Virus record (IMG/VR): IMGVR_UViG_3300009605_006302 | Direction: 5' to 3' (one strand) | From: a virus | Length of the DNA: 64,000 bases | In this document: positions 58,952-64,000 of the stretch, piece after piece | How the letters are laid out: each line of letters opens with the position of its first letter | Numbering within the stretch: position 1 is the first letter of the stretch | Translations under genes and position numbers: made by a program | The notes under the pieces: model-generated | Told to the model about the DNA's origin: nothing | Seen by the model: only the letters and a program-made list of their open reading frames with translations | Databases searched by the model: none

Positions 58952-59126
58952 AACAACTTCATGAGGGGTCGATCTCTCGCTCCACGACCATACTAGCCTA
59001 CCTTCACGCCTCGTTGTAGACATTGAGGAGAAACTCATTGTATAATGCGGTCGGTTCCGCGCATCCTCATGAAGCCGTTGGTCAAAGCTACGAAAAACCG
59101 TTGTTTAACAACATTTGACCGCCTCC
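58952..59126 (-). ncRNA. Candidate novel structured RNA (five-way junction plus 5' branched hairpin)
   Basis: A 15-bp closing stem (59079-59065 with 58966-58952) encloses four hairpins. A further stem pairs 59120-59114 with 59086-59080. Mismatches on the + strand become G.U pairs on the - strand. Confidence 0.65.
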
Positions 59127-59165
59127 TTTATTAAAAAAATGATCCATGATATACATAATACTAGT

Positions 59166-59193
59166 ATTATAACACATTTGACCAAAAAGTCAA
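59166..59193 (-). promoter_or_regulatory. Near-consensus sigma70 promoter with extended -10
   Basis: The minus strand reads TTGACT-16 nt-TATAAT, with TG immediately upstream (TGTTATAAT). It points into the structured RNA and tmRNA. Confidence 0.75.
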
Positions 59194-59564
59194 GGAATAA
59201 TTTCACTTTCATCAAAATAATAATTTATCTTATATCGTCTGCTAAATTTATTCATATCTTGTATACTAATACCCAGAAATCGAGCGGCTTCGCCCTTTGT
59301 TTTGGTTGCCGTGGAAGTAAATTTTAATATTGCATCTCTTACAAGATCTGGAATTGCCAGCCATATCGGCAATCCATAAAGATAACCGCCCGCAGCCCGA
59401 TTTGCAAGTTCTAGTTTAAGCCCAATAACTTCTTCAAGGGTAAGTTTATTCAACATTACCTCAAATTCTTCTGTTGATTTGCCTTTTTTGCGAAGTTGTG
59501 TTATTATGCTGTGATTTTTGGTAGATTTTTTTCTTCTACCGGTGAGTTTTCGTTCCCAGGCCAT
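59190..59564 (-). CDS. Fis-type helix-turn-helix protein
   Basis: The C-terminal VRDAILKF...TKGEAARFLGIS..MNKFSRRY matches the Fis/NtrC HTH pattern (n..kAArlLGisr). Confidence 0.7.
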   Translation of the reverse strand: MAWERKLTGRRKKSTKNHSIITQLRKKGKSTEEFEVMLNKLTLEEVIGLKLELANRAAGGYLYGLPIWLAIPDLVRDAILKFTSTATKTKGEAARFLGISIQDMNKFSRRYKINYYFDESEIIP

Positions 59565-59565
59565 A

Positions 59566-60369
59566 TTAAAGCTCTAGTTCTAGTTCCTCTTCGCCTTCTG
59601 GAGCGCCGAATTCCTCGGGACTCTCTGCAGTTGCCTCATCATATTCTGGCGTAGTGGGCTCTTCTAAGCCCATCTTCATTTCATCATCAAATTTATCAAA
59701 ATAAAGTTTAATATTGGTGATCAAATAATCGTAAAATAACTCTCGATCTTCACTATTGGCAAGAAGCTCATATGAATCCAAAATATTCTTTTCAATTTTC
59801 TTGAAAGTGGATGCAGCCATGTTTCTTCCGGTTTCATCTTCGCCTTCAATCGAAAAATCGTCCTCTTCATCTTCTGGTTTTGGGTCTGGGTCAATATCAA
59901 TAAATGCTTCATCGCCCAAATCTGGGCCTTCGTCATCACCAATAGTGATATCAATATCTTCATCTTCTTCTTCCAGTGAGCGCAATTCTGCTTCTTTAAT
60001 ACTACCTCTCAGATTTGCTACAGCTCTTGATGGAGCAAGTGCGTTCTTAATCCCTTTTACAACATGGGCCCGAAAGGATTGTTTTTGTTCTTCTGCTGTT
60101 GTAAGAATTTTATAATCAGTTTCAATAACTGGAATTATTTTCTTCAACAAATCTTCCAATACGTTAATACCGGTGTTTTCATGAGGCGTTTCATCTGAAA
60201 TTTCGGCAGCTTCAGTTATAATAAGCTTTCGAATAATACTTCGAAGCTCCTTTTCCTCATTAAGCTGTTGTTTTTCCTCTCTTTTACGTTTTTCTAAAAC
60301 GATGTTAATAATTTTTCGTATAGATTCTCGCAAAACGAGTTCTTCAGCAAATTCTTGACGATCGATCAT
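59566..60369 (-). CDS. Acidic helical protein, possibly prohead core or internal
   Basis: 267 aa. Repeated L/I-x-E helices at the N-terminus (LRESIRKII, QLNEEKELRSIIRKLIITE), followed by very acidic linkers. Confidence 0.55.
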   Translation of the reverse strand: MIDRQEFAEELVLRESIRKIINIVLEKRKREEKQQLNEEKELRSIIRKLIITEAAEISDETPHENTGINVLEDLLKKIIPVIETDYKILTTAEEQKQSFRAHVVKGIKNALAPSRAVANLRGSIKEAELRSLEEEDEDIDITIGDDEGPDLGDEAFIDIDPDPKPEDEEDDFSIEGEDETGRNMAASTFKKIEKNILDSYELLANSEDRELFYDYLITNIKLYFDKFDDEMKMGLEEPTTPEYDEATAESPEEFGAPEGEEELELEL

Positions 60370-62696
60370 TGTTGTGTCTCCATTATACTACTTCTCACTA
60401 AATAGTTTAATACTTCGCGAATAAGTGTATCTTGTTTCTTTTTCTTTTTCCTAGGACCTGGGCCGACTGAACCTTCAACTGCGCCGGCAGCCATGGCTGA
60501 AACTTCATCCAAGTCACCCTCTTCTTCCATAGAATAGGCAATTGCTGCAGCCTGTTCTTTACTTTTTCCCTCGTCATCGATCAAGTGAGCAATTTTTTTT
60601 GATACCCTCTTTTGACCGGTTTTAGAAACCTTAGTTTTCTTTCTTTCTTCATCGAGAATCTCTTCAACCAAAGAATATAGTAGGGAAATAGTTTTTTTTT
60701 CTTCTTGGATAGGCTTAATACTAAATATGCTTTTGATCCATTCTGGATCAACTTCTGGTGGAATATAAGAACTTATATCTTTTCCCAATAAAGCTTCACG
60801 AAAATCAGTGGCACTAATAGCACCTTCGCTGGTCTGAAAACAGCCGGCGACGTGATCTGAGATTATGACACCTTCTCTTGCATATTTTTGAAAGGTACCC
60901 GGGTTTCCAAAACGCTCAAAATCAGGTTTACCTTTCTTGTCTGGTTTATTGCTGCAGCCTAAAATAATCTCATCTCCAGGTTGTGCAAAATCTAATTCAT
61001 CATTTTTATTCTCAATGAATTCAACTACTTGACCTATAGGTGAATTAGATTCAGATGGTTTATCATAAATAATAACATTGTTCAAAGCCGATGAATCAAT
61101 GTAAATATTCCAAATCTTTCTAGAGTCGTCAAAAGTAACTTCAGCTTCGTTGTCTCTTCCTACTCCTCTAGGAAGTGGAGAAATAAGAACATATACGTAT
61201 CCATCTGAACCGACCAAATCACTGTAGTGGCGAACCATTTCAAAGTGGCCGATATGAGGAGGCTTAAATGCTCCAGGGACGAGTACTATTACTCTTCCTT
61301 CACCGAAACGTGGTTCGACAATCGGCTCGTCTTCTAGAGCTTCTTCCAAGCCTTCTTTTTTTGGTGTTCGATCATATTTACCCAAACCCAACATTTGATT
61401 GACAGGAGCAAATTGGCCAGTGAACTTATAAGTTTCACCCTCATAATCAAATACGAGACCTTCAATGACTGTCGTTATTTTTTCTAATGCTGACTGTACT
61501 GCTTCATCACTCAACACATCGCCTACGTCTTCGCCGCCGTGAATCTTGGCCAATGAAGTTTTTAGAAGTGTCAAGCTGCCTTCATCAGCCAATACTTTTG
61601 AATCTTTTGCTTTCTCGCCAACCTTTGTGCGAAGCCTTGATAGAGAATCTTCAGCCTGTAGAGTATAACCACTTATAAAGCCTTCCAAAACCCTTGTCGC
61701 AAATCGATGATTGACCATTATTAATGGATTCATAGCGCGATCTTTGATATCTTTCATGGCTGAACGAGTTCTCAAAAATTCATTAATAAAGTCTTTGGCC
61801 TCTTCGCCGGGAATTGACTCCAAAACACTTTTTATCTCTATTGTCTTTCTTGGCATGCCGGTAGTTGCAAAATGCATAAGCGCCAGCATCAGTCGATCAT
61901 ATGTTTCTTCAGAATATCCAGAACCAAGTTTTTCTTGAAGAAGGAACTTCAATCTGTTTTCCAAATATTCTCCAACGGTTTTTGCAGAACCTTGGATAGT
62001 TCGCAGTTCATTTACTGCGTTATGATAAGCTTCTTTCTTTTCAATAAATTCTGTAAAATCAACAATAGCATTAACTTTCGTTGTTGGGACATCGGGGGAA
62101 TCGATTTGCAGTTCCTGTAATCGAGCTTCTAATGCTGCCGACCTTTCTTCAGCTAATTTCTTTGCTCCTCGATAATCAGCTTGATCTTCACTTAGTGAAA
62201 TCAGTTTGCCATCAACCAACTTTTTGTGACCAACTCGATGAATCAGCAACACTTGTGTATCATAGGGAATAACATTTTCACTCTCAGGATCCATTACTTC
62301 TGCATTATAGAAAAGTCTCTCTCCGGATGGAGTATAGAAAAACTCTGGCGATAGCAAATGAGCAATCTTCTCAAAATTAATCATCGCTGCATAAAATGCA
62401 TTGACCACATTAATTGGAGTTGGATTCTTGCCGGCGGCAATACGATCAGTTGTAAAGTAACTCTTCAGTGTTTCTTTATCGAGACCACCCTCATTTGCGT
62501 GGGCGTTGTTTCGAATTGCCAAAGCTTGTCCGGTTCGATGATCATAGCTTATAGAGATATTCTGACCGTCGGTTTTTTCCGTTATTTTAATATTCGGAAA
62601 CCCTTTTGATGCAATCTGGAATATATCCCTCATTTGATCAAAACCTAGATCAAGATTCTCATAGGGATGTAGCATGTGGCCACCAACAGCGCCCAT
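60366..62696 (-). CDS. Fusion of an ATP-dependent ligase-like nucleotidyltransferase and a HIGH-family nucleotidyltransferase
   Basis: TEKTDGQN (motif I KxDG), FYNAEV (III), IEGLVF (IV) and YKFTG (V), then VPGAFKPPHIGH (HxGH) and SATDFR. Confidence 0.7.
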   Translation of the reverse strand: MGAVGGHMLHPYENLDLGFDQMRDIFQIASKGFPNIKITEKTDGQNISISYDHRTGQALAIRNNAHANEGGLDKETLKSYFTTDRIAAGKNPTPINVVNAFYAAMINFEKIAHLLSPEFFYTPSGERLFYNAEVMDPESENVIPYDTQVLLIHRVGHKKLVDGKLISLSEDQADYRGAKKLAEERSAALEARLQELQIDSPDVPTTKVNAIVDFTEFIEKKEAYHNAVNELRTIQGSAKTVGEYLENRLKFLLQEKLGSGYSEETYDRLMLALMHFATTGMPRKTIEIKSVLESIPGEEAKDFINEFLRTRSAMKDIKDRAMNPLIMVNHRFATRVLEGFISGYTLQAEDSLSRLRTKVGEKAKDSKVLADEGSLTLLKTSLAKIHGGEDVGDVLSDEAVQSALEKITTVIEGLVFDYEGETYKFTGQFAPVNQMLGLGKYDRTPKKEGLEEALEDEPIVEPRFGEGRVIVLVPGAFKPPHIGHFEMVRHYSDLVGSDGYVYVLISPLPRGVGRDNEAEVTFDDSRKIWNIYIDSSALNNVIIYDKPSESNSPIGQVVEFIENKNDELDFAQPGDEIILGCSNKPDKKGKPDFERFGNPGTFQKYAREGVIISDHVAGCFQTSEGAISATDFREALLGKDISSYIPPEVDPEWIKSIFSIKPIQEEKKTISLLYSLVEEILDEERKKTKVSKTGQKRVSKKIAHLIDDEGKSKEQAAAIAYSMEEEGDLDEVSAMAAGAVEGSVGPGPRKKKKKQDTLIREVLNYLVRSSIMETQQ
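60399..60406 (-). promoter_or_regulatory. Putative late promoter motif ACTATTTA
   Basis: TAAATAGT on the + strand, 30 nt upstream of the 60369 start. Confidence 0.45.
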
Positions 62697-62951
62697 TTAC
62701 TTCTCCTTGCTTTCTTCTAGAACTTTTACTTGTTCTTCGAGAGTAACAACTCTTTTGTTTAGGCCACGAACACTTCTTCTAATATTGCGAAGATGCTCTC
62801 TGGCAACTTTCATTCTTCGTTGCCCGGTTATGTTTGTAGTTATGTTGTTAAGAGCTTCTTCTAGTGATTGGATATAACTGAAAACATCTGGTGCTTCGTA
62901 TGCCTCGCCTATTAAAAATCTGCGAGTTATTTTGCTATAGTTAATTGGCAT
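62697..62951 (-). CDS. Small coiled-coil hypothetical protein
   Basis: 84 aa with a heptad-like C-terminus, abutting both neighbours. Confidence 0.65.
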   Translation of the reverse strand: MPINYSKITRRFLIGEAYEAPDVFSYIQSLEEALNNITTNITGQRRMKVAREHLRNIRRSVRGLNKRVVTLEEQVKVLEESKEK

Positions 62952-62952
62952 A

Positions 62953-63522
62953 TCATTTCTTGAATTTGAATCTTTTTAGAAGAGCTTCGTGAAGTTGGTT
63001 ACTGTACCATTCTTTATCAGATTCTTCTTCCGAAACCTCGGCCTCTTCTAAAGTCTCTTCTTCTTCTTCGATTTGTTCAACTTTCTCTTTGTTTTCATTC
63101 ATTAAACTTCTCCCTTTTTTATAATTATCTTCCCAATCTCTAAAAAGCATTATATTGCCTGTTCTGTATGCGTCACCTTCCATTTCTCTCATATGCTGAT
63201 CCTTTTGGGCATATCCAGGATTAATGTTTGTTTGATTATCAAAGTTGCCGGCACAATTCTGATTATGGTGAACCAATTCGTGTGCCAGCGACCGCAGTAT
63301 ATCTTTTGGATGCCTCTGATCAACATAAATAGTAACTCTCTGAGTTTGCGGATCATAATTGCCAGTAGGCGCAAAGACTTTTCCAGCATTGTTCACATTG
63401 GATTCAAAAACAATTGTGACTGGTTTAGAAAATTTAAATCGATCGTGTGCAAATTCATAAAGATTGTTTGCTAAATCATCTAAACCTTCATAGTTTGCGT
63501 TGTTGTGTATTTTACATGTCAT
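62953..63522 (-). CDS. Zincin-like metallopeptidase domain protein
   Basis: RHPKDILRSLAHELVHHNQ (HExxH), EGDAY third ligand, and an acidic C-terminal tail. Confidence 0.72.
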   Translation of the reverse strand: MTCKIHNNANYEGLDDLANNLYEFAHDRFKFSKPVTIVFESNVNNAGKVFAPTGNYDPQTQRVTIYVDQRHPKDILRSLAHELVHHNQNCAGNFDNQTNINPGYAQKDQHMREMEGDAYRTGNIMLFRDWEDNYKKGRSLMNENKEKVEQIEEEEETLEEAEVSEEESDKEWYSNQLHEALLKRFKFKK

Positions 63523-63525
63523 TGC

Positions 63526-63780
63526 TTAATCTTCTGATCGTCGAGATCGAAACGGTTTAGTTAAGCGGCCGAATGCACGCTGACGCGCCCGGGTTACACC
63601 GATCGGCTCGTCGGAATCAACCAAAGCACCATAAATTAAATCCAAGCTCATATCAATACTCTCTAATTTCTTAATTACTTTTTCAGCAACACCAGACAAA
63701 TCCATTTGTTGTAATTGATTTTGCTCTACAAATAATTTAATTTCTTCTTTAATAGATTGAAATAATTTGTTTTTCTTCAT
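63526..63780 (-). CDS. Hypothetical protein
   Basis: The start is probably the ATG at 63780 (GGAG SD). Reads MKKNKLFQSIKEEIK... Confidence 0.7.
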   Translation of the reverse strand: MKKNKLFQSIKEEIKLFVEQNQLQQMDLSGVAEKVIKKLESIDMSLDLIYGALVDSDEPIGVTRARQRAFGRLTKPFRSRRSED

Positions 63781-63794
63781 AATATTCTCCAAAA

Positions 63795-63802
63795 TAAATA
63801 GT
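63795..63802 (-). promoter_or_regulatory. Putative late promoter motif ACTATTTA
   Basis: TAAATAGT at 63795-63802, with a second copy TAAATAGA at 63814-63821, both in the intergenic gap. Confidence 0.5.
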
Positions 63803-63829
63803 TCAGAGAATGTTAAATAGAATTTTTAT

Positions 63830-64000
63830 TTAGCGACGGTGGTGACGGTGGTGACGATGATGTCGACGTGCGCCTCTGTGATCCCGATGACGATGGCGGT
63901 GTCGGTGAGTAACTGTGTGTCGGTGATGATGATCTAATGTGTGATCGTAGTGTTGGTGATGATCATGTCTGACTTCAATTGTTGGTCTTCTGACCTCGAT
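63830..64000 (-). CDS. C-terminal end of a His/Arg-rich protein (partial; enters from the right edge)
   Basis: Reads ...IEVRRPTIEVRHDHHQHYDHTLDHHHRHTVTHRHRHRHRDHRGARRHHRHHRHHRR*, with TAA at 63832-63830. Confidence 0.65.
   Translation of the reverse strand: MEVRRPTIEVRHDHHQHYDHTLDHHHRHTVTHRHRHRHRDHRGARRHHRHHRHHRR

Noticed and set aside
5-62877. All plus-strand ORFs and the short nested minus-strand ORFs in the track (60-135 aa, e.g. 29189..29596 and 59756..60115)
   Set aside because: They lie antisense to or inside long motif-bearing genes, lack SD sites and recognisable motifs, and read as shadow frames.
1-64000. Eukaryotic giant virus or cellular capsule locus as the source
   Set aside because: Bacterial SD sites, a sigma factor, a tmRNA and gp25/gp6 baseplate genes are co-oriented with the glycan genes. 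No NCLDV core genes or cellular housekeeping context were seen.

Overview
This is a 64 kb segment of a large, AT-rich (roughly 35-38% GC by eye) tailed bacteriophage, probably a jumbo myovirus. It has bacterial Shine-Dalgarno sites and uses the standard code. Every credible gene lies on the minus strand, packed with 1-8 nt overlaps or short gaps. Reading in transcription direction (right to left): (i) 64000-59190 holds acidic or helical putative head-associated proteins, including a zincin peptidase, a ligase-like/HIGH-nucleotidyltransferase fusion and a Fis-type HTH protein. (ii) 59193-54075 holds a strong sigma70 promoter, an unannotated multi-stem RNA, an intact tmRNA (tag ANDGIYDNSYALAA), a tubulin/FtsZ-family GTPase, ClpP, a secreted lysozyme-like protein and PIN-PhoH. 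(iii) 54072-52281 holds a zincin and a Cas4-like nuclease. (iv) 52279-34276 is an 18 kb glycan island with NeuB/NeuA/HAD, a DegT aminotransferase, four SDRs, Ugd, GT2/GT4/GT11-like transferases, a B12 radical SAM enzyme, a methyltransferase and an Mpo1-like protein. (v) At 33532-32837 is a phage sigma factor. (vi) 32512-1 is a contractile-tail baseplate module: OB-fold/amidase, M23, spike, gp25, gp6, a gp7-like wedge and LamG proteins. The best leads are the structured RNA-tmRNA-tubulin-ClpP cassette, a window-wide excess of the palindrome GCCGGC (about 65 copies by hand count), and the nonulosonate glycan island paired with baseplate proteins dense in S/T motifs. All family assignments come from recognising motifs by eye; no database search was run.
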